Source of the DNA: Sphaeroforma arctica JP610
Lineage: Eukaryota
DNA: 49,064 nucleotides
Assembly: GCF_001186125.1 (NCBI RefSeq)
Contig: NW_014040482.1
Span: 11,644 to 60,707 of the forward strand
Direction of reading: 5' to 3'
In this document: positions 12,101-24,951 of the stretch, one piece after another
Layout of the letters: the number at the start of each line of letters is the position of its first letter
Numbering within the stretch: position 1 is the first letter of the stretch
Translations under genes and position numbers: made by a program
The notes under the pieces: model-generated
What the model saw: only the letters and a program-made list of their open reading frames with translations
Database searches by the model: none
Told to the model about the DNA's origin: nothing

Positions 12101-15100
12101 ACCAGTCGAGATGCAGGCTTTCTATTACAACGCCCAAGTCTGCGTTACATCATCTATGAATTTGAGTGGGTTCGTTGAATGCACACATGTATACATATGT
12201 CAAACGAAGTGAAACACCGATTAAACTACATCACTGTATATGCTTACCAACTGTACCTCGAATGGTTGCCAACTCATCTAACTCAAGTGCATTTTCATCA
12301 CATCATTTTTTTGTTCTGACCAACACATGAATTTGAAATTTCTGAAACCTCACTACAGCGGCTGCCGCGTGGTGGTCGAGTACAGCAATGGGTATTCGAT
12401 TGAGAGATATCGTAAGCACAAGACGCTGGGTTCTAACGGTGCACGCGTCTACTTACACGGTCAGTACCTTCCCCAGTTTGAAAAGGGTGGTATGCAAGCC
12501 ACACAACAGGCAATCGACGATCTCCTCGGGGTTGATTATAATCGGTATGTGGGGACGAGATGTAGGTGTATGAGGCCTTGTGTGTATGGGATCACCAATG
12601 CTTTCTGAGCGTCATCACACATTGCCTCGTATTCAGTCGATTGTATACAAGATATCACCACTGAAGCGCCATCCTGAAGCTGAAAACTGGTAGAAAGTGT
12701 TATTGTCGTTCTTTCTTTTTGTTTATCCATAGTGTGGTGTGGGGAACAGTGTTATTACCATCTTTTCTTTTCTTTTTGCTGAATACAATTGATGATAACT
12801 GTGAACCTACAGCAGTACATGCTCACTTACTTTTTGTAAAGCTTTAATCATTGACCATTCTCAATCCGAAACTTATACTCAGCCATGTCGATTGCCGCGT
12901 TTGTAGGCCCTTGTTGTAAAGTCTGCGTAAATGCTTTAAACAACTGGGTAAAGTTTGCTAAGCTCATGTCACCAGTATATTCTCCGCATGCAGCTTCCTG
13001 AAGACATCCATCTATGTGGGCAATCAGGCAGCTAGTTTCGTCTCAAGTAGTTCACTGCAACGCAGGGATATTCTAGAAGAAGTCCTGGGTAGGTAAACCC
13101 CACTTTGTGTCACGTAGTATTTACTGGACGCTCATTTGTTGTTCATCTGATAGTCTGGTGGTCACTTGTACATCCATCCAGTAGTACGTATAAGTTCGCC
13201 TAGAACTATTAGAGAGACAATCTAGTACTACTATCGTATCATATAACGCTATTCGGCTATAGTGTACCCAGATGCAGGTTCAGTATAGCGTGTCCGTTAC
13301 CATACTAGCCTCTCCGCTTCGTTCTCTCCATCATTCTAGACTATACTTTCATACAAATTCGCACTCCATGGGATTGCGTCTTTATACTGTAGTCTGCTCG
13401 AGTCTTTGGGTTGATTGGCTTCCTGTCATTATGTACCTCGGTCAACGTACATTCGGACGTTTATTTCTATAGGATTGGGCCTGTTTGATAAGTACCTGGA
13501 TGTGGTGCGCGGTCGCAAAAAAGATGCCAGAGTTGAATTGCTCAATACCTCCGCTATGATTGTGGGGTTGAAAGAACAAGAGACTGCGGCAACGGTAATT
13601 TATTAATTCTACTAAGATTATTTTGTTTATTATGCGTTGAGGCTATGTTGTTGTGCACATATCTTCACGTAGCCATAGCATTGGAAACAGCTTGTAAAAA
13701 AATCATAAACATCTGATATGAGATTTGACTAAAGGTTGCAATTGTATGAAGCTATGCTCGCCTGCCTTGCGAGAAGCCCATTAAGGTAAAATGGAATGCG
13801 AAGCAATAAATGCATATGTACCATCGCCCAATCCAGTTGCTCCTACGCACATTCTTTTATGCGACCGTTTACGCTTTCGGACATATCATTAGTTGTACAT
13901 GTCATGATACATCCGCGACTAATATTGTGTATGTGTACTAACGTTCATTTCACAGGCTCGTACTGCGAAAATTCAAACTGAGCGCGAAAACTCAGAAGCG
14001 CTTGCGAACGATTTGAGCGGCAAGAAGATCACGGTGGAAAACTCTGTGCGATCTCTGACGGCCAAAGCAGCATCTCTTGCGGGAACGGTACGGGGTGATC
14101 ATACTGTGGGTGACATATATGTGGGTGGTGGCTCATGTGGAAGATGTGTTGTTATGTTTTATGTCCATGATCGGGTCGGTTGATAGACTGGCGGCGTGTT
14201 GAGGATGTATGAGGTGTTATCAAGTTACAAGTACGTTTTGCTGTGGTACCTTCTGCAAATTAAAATATATATATATATATAATGTGTGGATTTATGCCAA
14301 TTTGTGTACATCATATCTAGTGGTGGTGTGCTGTGTACTCGTGATTCTGGCTAACATGAGAGACGATGTTGTCTTATACGTTTTTTACGCTCAGTTTTCG
14401 CCGGAGATGCACAATGTTAGTGTAGTAGTGGGGTGCAGTTTATTTGTAACGTTGTACTCGAGCTACTACGACCCGCGTGCAGAAGCCCAGAGATCTAGTA
14501 ACGCTCGAATGTCCAAGTGCGCAAGTGTCACTGTTTAACGTCACCATATCTACTTGATACATATGCGCAACGGCATGATCTGACAAACCATATGTGTCGA
14601 CATCGTGTCTAACTTGACCCTACAGAAAGAACGCTTTACCGAGATCATCAGCCGGCGGAAAGAGCGGCGGCGATTGCAACTGATAGTTAAGTCGCAGCGG
14701 GAGCATTACAATGCCTTGAAGGAGCACATCGATGATGTGGCCTCCTACCGCTACCAAGTACAAGGCCAGAACCATGCATTCGTGAAGCTAGCGCAATCGC
14801 CTGCCAAGCAGCGAGTAGCGAGCAAGAAGCAAACTGGTGGTGCCAGGTACGCTCGATGTGGATAGTATGCGGATAAGTAAGCCTAGGATATCTCAGCTGC
14901 GCGTGTGTGTGTGTGGATGTGTGCGTGCAGGCAGGTGCTTTTTTGTGACGCCAAATTGTGCTTAACTGCTCTCCGCGCAAGGTAGGTTGCAAGTTGTCGG
15001 AATAAATTTGGCAGCTTGGGTGCGAGTGCGCAATACAATCGTTTTGGTAACCGCCTGGTACTACTAACACCATCATCTACCGACATAGCGATTTTTATAG

Positions 15101-18100
15101 TAGTTTAGCGCGACATGACTGTAGTCTCTTTCTTTTGTGAGTTGTATCTGGTAAGCCGCGCACCATGGTCACACGCTGAGTAACATTGATGCACGCCATG
15201 TGGAGGCGCCGTGCCCCTTCAATATTTCGAGATGCCGAGGATACAGTCTGCGTTGTTAAAACAGGCAGTAGCAGCCGCACACAACGATGTTAAGATATCT
15301 TTGCGTATCGTGAGACCCGTTCCTCCACTGGAACAGCACGAGTCTGGGTTCCTGAATAATCACCTAGTGATCTTTACCACGCAATCCTTCGCAGAAAACT
15401 TTGGCTCACGCCTTTTGATTATCGTCCTCAAAGTCTTGTAGTCACTGGTATGTACTCTTTTCTTATAATATCCACTCATATCCTCTCAACCACTCACATG
15501 CATTCGCTTGCACATATTCTTTTCTTCTAGTTCAAAAGCCAGCTGTACGGGATCCAACTGCTCCTGTGGAACGCAGCACACGTCTTTGGACGTATGTCCC
15601 GTGTGTGACCGGCCTTTACCCGAAGGCGTAACGCACAGTCATGATGACCCCGTCCATCAGAAAGTTGTGGCTGTCAGGGGTATGCTAGCCAAGGGCATGA
15701 ACGACGCTAGCAGTGCTGTGGATAACCAGCTGGGTGTGCAGCACGACAAGCGTACCAGAGAGCTACACGAACGCGCTCAGATGGCAAAGGGCGCGCTACT
15801 AGAGGCGGAGAAGACGTTGGTGCAGTTTGAGGCCACACACGCCAGCAAAATCGAATCCGACGAGCTAAGCGCGTTCAACGTCCAGAGGAGATCGAGTAGG
15901 GCGGCAAAATCGGGCGGTAACGTGGGTACGGGTAGTGAGGGAGAGAGAAAGGATGAGGTGGCTGACGCCGGCGAACTTGCCACGACTACGTTGGAGAACC
16001 AGATCAACTTCGTTGATCAAAGGCTTACGGAATCAACAACTAAATTGCACAAGATCGATAAGATCATATACGAGGCGGCTGGCAAGTGCACGTTACTGGC
16101 GAACTTAGAAAAGGGTGTGTAGCTGATGTGGGCTGTTTATATACAATACACATGTTCATATGCTTTGTTCGATAGGCTTTGTTAGACGCGTTTGATTCGG
16201 CAAGCTCCCATGGTCTGAGCAGCGGATAAGAATGCTGCCTGCTATGTTTTATTTTGAGTGATATTTTGTAGATGAATACTTCCGATACTCATCTGCCATA
16301 ACTCCTACAAGGTCCGTAGTTCTCGCATATGTGGTCAGGCGACCTTTTTGTCCCCACAGTAGATATCGTATCGCCCAATCTAACCGCCAAAATCCGTTGG
16401 CACATAACGTACTTTTTTTTTTATCAGATGAAATGGCACGGAATAAAGTGCTGGCTACACGTCTCGGCGGATTGCGTGAGCAAGAAGCAATACTAAAGCA
16501 TACTGCGTCCATCGACAAGTTCTGGGAGGACGGGTTCTCCAAGAAGAGTGGCTCGATGAGGGTGTGTTTCTATTAGTTTAATCTATTTACGCTTGGAGAT
16601 GTGCTTGTCGTCCTTGTTACCATGCGAGTGTGTCCGTTACTATTCTACAGGAAATTACGTATTGCTGTCAGCTGCATTTTCTGTTGGTGTAAGCCCGTAA
16701 GTGAATAGGTTTATGCGCGATACGATACTGTGGAAACCTCATGGGAGGTTGCTCAATATACTTATGTCCTATATATTCGTGTGAGCGGAATGTGGTCAAT
16801 AGATAGTACTCCACGACCACTATGGTTATATTTAGATATGCCATAAGATTGATTATTGCAACACTTTGGGTTGGTACATCTCTATTGCTGGATATTCATG
16901 AACCTGTCAACAGTTTTTACATGCAGGCTAGTTTTCTTTAGCCTGTTTAATAGTCAGCTGACAATATATCGTAGTGATACCTTTTAGTTGAAAGTGTATT
17001 ATCGTTCACACGTGCCAAGTCTTGGCAGAAGTGACTCAACTATAAAAGCCGGGTATAACTTATAGTCAACTGTTGACACCCGCTACAGTGAAGCATTTTG
17101 ATTTACGCCTGAACCTCTTGGTGGGTATGTGAAGAATTTTGATCGCCTGGTCCATAGCCATCGTCTCAGGCATTGTCGTACATCATACTTCCAATGCTTG
17201 TTACGCGTTAGTGGCCACCATGGACACGAGGGAAATGACCCACCCTATACTTCAGCAGTATATAGTAAATGTCAAAGACACCAAGCAAAACCTTGCCGTA
17301 ACCTATCAATCGCTGTATTGACCGATCTGATCATTCTGTTGGTCAGGTAGTATCAAAAAACACCAGCACGGGTCAATATTCAAAAGAAGAAAAACTTGTT
17401 GTGTATCTAGGCAGTGGATTGCGGTATCCGCTTATATTACCGTGTTCTCTGTGTTACCCAAATACATCAATCCACTGTTCTGGCTTTATCGCTGATGTTG
17501 TCGCTCGTATCTTCTGCAGAATTATCTCCTTGATCAGTCCATCCATGAGCTCAACCGGATCCTTGAGAGCGTCTTGGATCTTGTCCGTGGTCCTCATGAC
17601 ATTTCAATATCCTTCAACTCTGATTTGAAACTCAGCAAAGAATACAGTACGTTTCTTTATTGTTTGACAGAGAATACAGTACGTTACTTGGTTATATGAT
17701 TCTTCCATATATGTTGACAGTAGACTTCCGCTATTTCGGCTGTACATATTCTGCTACAAACTGAGTGCGGGTTATACTCGTTGGGAAGGCTTATTTTTAT
17801 GACTTCACGTTGGCACCGTTCCACAGTTAGTAAAGTCGGTGTCCAGTAAAGGTAACAAATGTACTAAGTTTAGTTGATTTGATTCGATCTCAATACACTT
17901 GTTTTTGCCTCGTTTCGGTGACATGATTGTTGTGCGAACTGTATCAATTCTGGAAACGTGGTAACTGGATTCTTAATAATGTGTGGACTGTGAATAGGAT
18001 CGTACACGCATATTGTTCTCATCTTCTGATTCTCCCGTAATATTCACAGGCAAGCGGTCCTCGGGGCAACGCAAGCGCACGGATTTGGCAATCTTCATGG

Positions 18101-19435
18101 CACTCAGTCAGATCAGTCGGAATCACAGCCGCTTCCAACCTGGTAAGTAGCTTATTGCACGCTCGCTCATTGAAGTTTTAACGGGTTGCAATCGAGAATG
18201 CTTCACCTTGACTCCTACCGCCGGAATAGCTGCCAAACCGATTTGCCTGTATCCGTACATACTCGCAGCTATGTGGCGTATGAGAACACGTCTGGAGTGC
18301 TCTGTTGATGCATACTCGAGGCACACTCTTGCAGACGCACCAGTGAAGAACCCGCTCAGAAGATTTAATTTATCTCTGTTTCCTTGTCCTGCCCCCTACA
18401 CTTGTCCACAAGCTGTATGGTACTGAATGTGTTGTACGAACCACCTGTATCAAGATACAATTAGGGTATTTATTGTCACTTTCCTTTTGTGTTTATCCGA
18501 CACCTTGGTACAGGCTTCATGGTACTGGATGAGCTGTACGACTCACTAGACTCGGAAGGCCGAGAAGCGGTAACTGACCTAGTCAAGGGATTCTCGGCGA
18601 GAGTGCGGAATGTCATCGTTGCATCGCCTGAGCTTCATGCAGGATTAGAGGTAAGTCATCAGGATACTGTGATCATCTACTTTGGGAAGGAGCGATGGAT
18701 ATAGTTATAAGGTCAGGAATCCATCCGTTGTCGGTAGGATACTATGATCATCTACTTTGGGAAGGAGCGATGAATATAGTTAAGAGGTCAGGAATCCATC
18801 CGTTGTCGGTAGGATACTATGATCATCTACTTTGGGAAGGAGCGATGGATATAGTTATAAGGTCAGGAATCCATCCGTTGTCGGTAGGATACTATGATCA
18901 TCTACTTTGGGAAGGAGTGATGGATATAGTTATGAGTTCAGGAATCCATCCGTTGTCGGTTGCGCCCAGTACGTTGTTGTGGCTGGTATTTATATTCACA
19001 TAGCGTAGAGACAGTTCTAGTTATAGTTTCGAGGTCTTGCGTACATTCTTTGCTTTTATGAAGAAGAATGGTAACCTGGCTTTATATAGTTGCACAGCTC
19101 TTCTTGTTAGCATTCAAGCTCATACACCAGTGGCCACCTTGACTAACTAATTCCGATATATTGTTGGTTTATGTATCCAATCTCCATACTCGGAAGTTGA
19201 GGACGATTGCATATGCGCTTGGTATTCGGCGATTGCAAACGCATCTGTCCTCGTGATGAGTTTTTCTCACTCGCATTTTCTCTTTACCAATGTACAGTTC
19301 CCATATGTGGTGTCCGTATCCATGACCGCACAAGGTTCCCGGCTGATAGATTCGCGAGGGCTGATCGAGTGTTACAGTGACGACAGGAGGGAAGAACTGA
19401 ATGACAACATCGGACCAGTCGCAGGTGCAGTTTAA
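6111..19435 (+). CDS. SbcD/Mre11 nuclease - SbcC/Rad50 ABC-ATPase fusion protein (~1333 aa, 22 exons) with N-terminal presequence-like extension
   Basis: Exons 6111-6761, 7632-7745, 7927-8051, 8246-8396, 8517-8649, 9232-9437, 9770-9814, 10235-10342, 10662-10806, 11152-11336, 11645-11814, 12359-12544, 12994-13088, 13473-13594, 13956-14087, 14626-14846, 15531-16114, 16428-16561, 17520-17646, 18050-18142, 18514-18650, 19298-19435. All GT-AG, 4002 nt total, one frame to TAA. Phosphoesterase motifs ADVH, LGDML, GNHD (8008-8019), MAH, GHFH..YIGSPLQFTFSD; then IKCLRMENFLG, Walker A GENGCGKST (11699-11725), coiled coil, zinc hook CPVC (15595-15606), coiled coil, signature-like RSSGQ, Walker B/D-loop FMVLDELYDSLD. 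Confidence 0.88.
18661..18960 (+). repeat. Intronic minisatellite, 4 x 75 bp
   Basis: Units start 18661, 18736, 18811, 18886 (AGGATACTATGATCATCTACTTTGGGAAGGAGCGATGG...CCGTTGTCGGT), nearly identical, in the last intron of the fusion gene. Confidence 0.95.
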
Positions 19436-20207
19436 AACGTATATAGGGTTATGTAAGGTAAATAAATGAATCATTAATTATATATTTATGCAACACGCGT
19501 AATAGAAATATACCTCTTGGTGTCTAGCATTTAGGACCTCACAAATTATGATTTCTATTTGCCCCGGATATTTAGTAGGTTGAAGCATAACCTTTTGAAA
19601 CAGAACAGTTAGATTTCATAGGTATGATATCAAATAATTTTGACAGTTGTTCTATACAACTCTCCAACTAGTGCGCCCTATCATGCACGGTCTATTCGTT
19701 TGTTGACTAAATCATCGAGAAATACGAGTATACTCCCCGGGGATGCGATGGCTCGCAAAGTACTTATCATTGGCTTCACAAGTGGAAATGTTCACAAGTG
19801 GGAATGTTGAACATTTCAGCAGGTAATCATCACACATTAAACTTGCATGATGCTATGTATCGTCTTGTTGGTCAGTATATCGAGATGCATGAGCCAACAC
19901 TTCCAGAAACCGCCCGGATGTGCTGTGATTTTAGCTGTCCTCTGAGAGGCCAGGGGGTTTTCAAAAGCCTAAAAACATATCGCAGGAGAAGACCGCCAAC
20001 TACTACCCAAGCCCCAATAAAAACCCTACCTGGAAATAGCCAATCAAAATGAAGTAATGCTAGAAAGGTCGTTTGCCACTTTTCAAAACTTTTGTGTCTG
20101 TGAGAAACTGTGAATAGTGGACAGGACAATATTTTCAAAGTGTTCACTTCTTGATGCTTGCATATGCACAGAGGTTTCTAAGGCTATAGTGCTTATATAC
20201 TGTTAAC

Positions 20208-20975
20208 ATGCAAAGTGTCATGCGTGGCCATGACCAAGATGATAGCAAAGGTGAACGTCAACCTCTACTGGAAACTGCAGACAAAGAGGTTACTTTTCGA
20301 GGTGCAGCAGAGGAACATGGAGTTGACATAGAAATGCCGTTGCCAAGTTTATACTCCTCCATCCACTATCACTCTGCTCCCTCTCTACAGAATGATGTGA
20401 TTATCGCAACTGATGCGCTCTATGGTAATATATTTCTGAGCCATCTGAATTCAAATATGGAGCGAACACGTTACATTTAAGTTGTATTTTGGTACGTCTG
20501 GCTCGCTCGATGATATTTATACAGTGCTCTGGACACTGGACATGGTCTTGGACTTGTAGGGTTGTATGGCTTTTCTATAGCATGCATTTACACGCATTTA
20601 AATCCGCTTATATCGACGTTCAAATCTTTGTAATCCGAACATACATACATACATACATACATACATACATACATACATAAATATNNNNNNNNNNNNNNNN
20701 NNNNNNNNNNNNNNNNNNNNNNNNNNNNNNNNNNNNNNNNNNNNNNNNNNNNNNNNNNNNNNNNNNNNNNNNNNNNNNNNNNNNNNNNNNNNNNNNNNNN
20801 NNNNNNNNNNNNNNNNNNNNNNNNNNNNNNNNNNNNNNNNNNNNNNNNNNNNNNNNNNNNNNNNNNNNNNNNNNNNNNNNNNNNNNNNNNNNNNNNNNNN
20901 NNNNNNNNNNNNNNNNNNNNNNNNNNNNNNNNNNNNNNNGTAGTGTAGTGTGTGTGTGTGTGTGTGTGTGTGTAG

Positions 20976-21008
<33 letters not shown>

Positions 21009-24000
21009 GTGTGTGTGTATTCATATATGTATATACATGTGTATATGCTTGTAAATGTTTTATGTCATCCATACAGATTAGATCATTGATTATATTTTAT
21101 AAACGAGGGCACTAGCTAGATAGATGCCAGAACGCTCACTGGGGTGCTCACGTGATTCTGCAGGAAGTGGTGTATATATATATATTTTTGCGTTGTGGTA
21201 TTTTTTGAGGTTTTTTAAACATGGGTATCAAAGTTCAAAGCTGAAACAACTACAACAGTTTTGTGATTATATTCATTATTGAACCCGTACTTTAAGTGTT
21301 CATCGTTCTTTTGTGATTTTTTAGCGTGTTCAGTTCGCACCGTCAGACAGAGCCATTTTCTTCTATCGAATTCATTGAAAATTTGTACTCAACCTGATGA
21401 TGTTTATAGCCAACGCAACAAGCAGTCATGGCTATCGTCGCGTCTGCAGCAATAATCTGTCGGGCATCAATTCCGCCTCCATCCACCATTTGATGTATGA
21501 CACAACGGTATGTACACACGGGCTGAGTGTACGTCGATTTCCATACAAGCCGCCTCCATAGAAATGACAGTTGTGTGTTCGCGGGAGATATGTGCAAGCC
21601 CGCGGTTAAGAAAGCTTTATGCATTTTGCTTGACATTTGATATTGTACATGTGTATTGCTATGTACATGTAATTTTGGCTATATATGTGAGCATGATATT
21701 GCTTGCCAACCGAGATATATATATTTTGCGACTTCGGTGACATCTCTGTATTCCAGACACAGGACACTCTTGCGGTACTCCGTCGAGAATGGGCACGGAA
21801 CTCTCAAATTCGTGTTCTTTTAGAACTCAAATTCGTGTTCTTTCAGAACAACCTAATGTGTTGTATCTTGTTCAATGCTTAGGTTAAAAAAAAGCAATGG
21901 AATACTGTTTTCTGCTTTAGCCTTCTGATACGATTGGGGGGAAGGTTCACTTCAATTCCCCCACTCATTTGCGTTCACGAATATGGTCACCTCCTTGCAA
22001 CCCGCAGTCCAGGGCTGCGTACAGGAGTCAATCGGATCTGAGTTTTGCTCAGACTATCCCTACCAACGAGCACACACCCTGCCTGTTGACACAAGCCACT
22101 GCCTCACAACGAAGGCTACTGGAGACCGCCTACAGCATGGACGAATCCCATCCCACGCACCAGCAATGTACAGCGCGAAAGTTGGCAAGGGAACGCAAAG
22201 CAAAGGCATTGCACGTGCGACGTGTGCAGAGTGAGGCGAGCAATGGCAGCGAAATTGTGGACGATGCAGCGGCTTCGTATGTAAAAGTGTTTTTGTGCGT
22301 AAGGTGGTTTGTGAGTTCAAGTACTACTTCAGAAGATAAGTTCTTGTGATTGCATAGTTTAATCTGCGTAGAGTCAATATGTACATCGTGTGTAGGTTTT
22401 GTATCATGCGTTGCATGTTTTCGAGGTGGCAGTGGTGGTTTTGAAGTGGTCTGGTTTATCCTGAATAATTTGAATAATAGAAGCAATCATACAAGCACGG
22501 AAGTAGCCTTGGCAATTTCACCTTTTATTTGCATATTCGCCGCTATATGGCGCTTGCAAGTTGGTATACATCTCTTTTAGCCTCGATATTGAGTATCATT
22601 TGTTTTTCTCTCTTCTCGTCGCATCACAGAATGGAGTGGTACAGTTTATTTATTTTCGTCATTATAAATATACTTAAATATTGATATATGATTGAGCACG
22701 GCATTGAATTCGGTCTCTGAATTTTGACAGCCCTGATGAAACCGGGCTCTTGCTGTGGGGTCAAAATTGCGACAACCCAAGTTCGAGTCCGTTGCTAGAA
22801 GACGGCTGGAGAATCGACATAGAGGCCATTTCGCGCAAGCTGGTAGATACAGAGACCAAAGAGTTTGGCTTATTGAGCCGGAACGTGCGGTCATTCTACA
22901 ATACGCAAAATGAGGTGCGTCTCGTTGGGGTCTATGTGTGACATTTTCCAATTGCTTTGCATAATGATACTGAACATAAGGGGATCATGGGCATCGCATG
23001 CCTCCGTTCTAATCGCGAGGTTTAGATTTACATACATGCCTACTTGGTTATTTATTAGTCGATGGCCCATTGAATGATCGAGGTTTAGATATACATGCAT
23101 GCTTACTAGGGTTTTTTATGGGCTCGATGGCTCAATGAATGATCGAGGTTTAGATATACATGCATGCTTACTAGGGTTATTTATGGGCTCTATGGGTCAA
23201 TGAATGATCGAGGTTTAAGTATACATGCATGCTTACTAGGGTTATTTATGAGCTCTATGGGTCAATGAATGATCGAGGTTTAGAGATATATGAATGCCTA
23301 CTTGGGTTATTGATGGGCTCGATGGCTCAAAGAATTATCGAGGTTTAGATATACATGCCTGCATACTTGGGTTATTTATGGGCCCGATGGCGCAATGAAT
23401 AATACGATTTTGCCGGGGTTGAATTTCAATTCTGCACATCGTCATCTTATAGCTGATACAAGAATTGTTGGATGCCGAAGAAAAGTTTGGAACAAAAAGA
23501 AATCGGAACATGTCGAAGGCCATAGAGACTATGGAAACCCGAAATGGCATGGCGACCATGCTTTCCAATGTTGTGAACGTAATTCTGACACTGGCAAAGG
23601 TATGTATTGGACATTTCGAGACACGAATTAACTCCCGAGACCCTTCATAGCTTCCGCTTTTTACAAATTATTTTGAAATTGGACAGGCGGCATGTGTTTT
23701 TCCGTGGAGGCGTTCATATTGCATAGCTTTGACATACTTTGCATTTGTCCGCGGTAATAAGAGTCCGTTCACAAACCGCTAACTTGGCATGAGATCTTTC
23801 GGAATTGAACATCGGATTCAGCTGTGCTTTGACGTTCATACCCATTATTTAAGTCTTACGATTAATACATATTGCACACGCAGTTTATCGGACTAACTAA
23901 TTTCTGTCTCTTCTGTACCCGGTCAGCTTGTCCTGTCCTACATGACAGGATCCATGTCCATTGTGTCGTCGCTGGTCGACTCGGTAGTGGACTTGTTCAC

Positions 24001-24919
24001 TGGACTTGCGCTTTGGCTAGCGTCCCATCACGTCTCTAATCATAACCCATACAAATACCCTATAGGCAAGTGATATTCTCGATCTAATTATGCTGTCACC
24101 CGTTTAACGCTATCCGACCGTCTATACATGTTGCTATGGACCTTGAGTTCGTAATCGAATTGCTTAATTTATCTTGTTTTCTTGCATTAATCCGCACTAC
24201 ACCCTTGTCTTCGACCTTATTTATTTACCTATAGGCCGCGAACAACTGGAGCCCATCGCCGTAGTAGTGTCCGCAGTGGTAATGGTGTCGGCTTCGTTAC
24301 AAGTCATCTGGGAATCCGGTAAACGACTGATAGGGGACGACATATCGATAGACTTGTCCTTGACCGCGTGGATCATTATGGGATTGACGATATCCTCTAA
24401 AGGTGTACTTTACATGTATTGCCGTAATATAGCTACTCCGACTGGACAGGCTCTGGCCCAGGTGAGCGATAGATGGTTATTATCATTTAAATTTGGCTTC
24501 TGTTTTTGGTGCTCTGATATCTGTATGCATTTGGCACGCACCCATTTATTCTAATTTATTTACGCATAGCTTTAATTCGTTGTCATGAACATCTGACTTG
24601 GTGGCCTTCATTCTATTTTCAATTCATGAAAAGACTTTCATCGCATTGTGTGTGCCTAGTTGTTTCCGCTCGAAAAGCTTCAGCTTTGTGAGCTATATAG
24701 TCCCGCAATCTGTATTCATTTGCCCATCGAATATTTTGGACATGAAATATTTTATCAATTTGGTCCGACCTTAAAGTCGTGTATTGAGTCGATTTCTTGA
24801 GAAAGTAGGTGTAAATGTAACGTTTAAAGCCCTGTATGAAATCAAATTGTTCAAGTTTATACGGGAAACTAATCTTATTCGCTGTATACTTGTCGATATG
24901 TGTGGTGCTGACGTGCTGT

Positions 24920-24951
<32 letters not shown>

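Noticed and set aside
18661..18960. Repeat array and 102-aa repetitive ORF as a CRISPR array or gene
   Set aside because: Units are near-identical over their whole length with no unique spacers; intronic; the ORF is a by-product of a 75-bp unit.
6111..19435. Bacterial contamination, or two separate sbcD and sbcC genes
   Set aside because: 21 spliceosomal introns and eukaryotic neighbours exclude contamination. Frame-preserving linker exons favour one gene, though cDNA is needed for proof.
21757..21848. Extra CDF exon near 21757-21811 beside a short duplicated motif
   Set aside because: It could fix the phase between the 5' exons, but the donor (GTGTTC) is weak and the N gap may hide the true exon.
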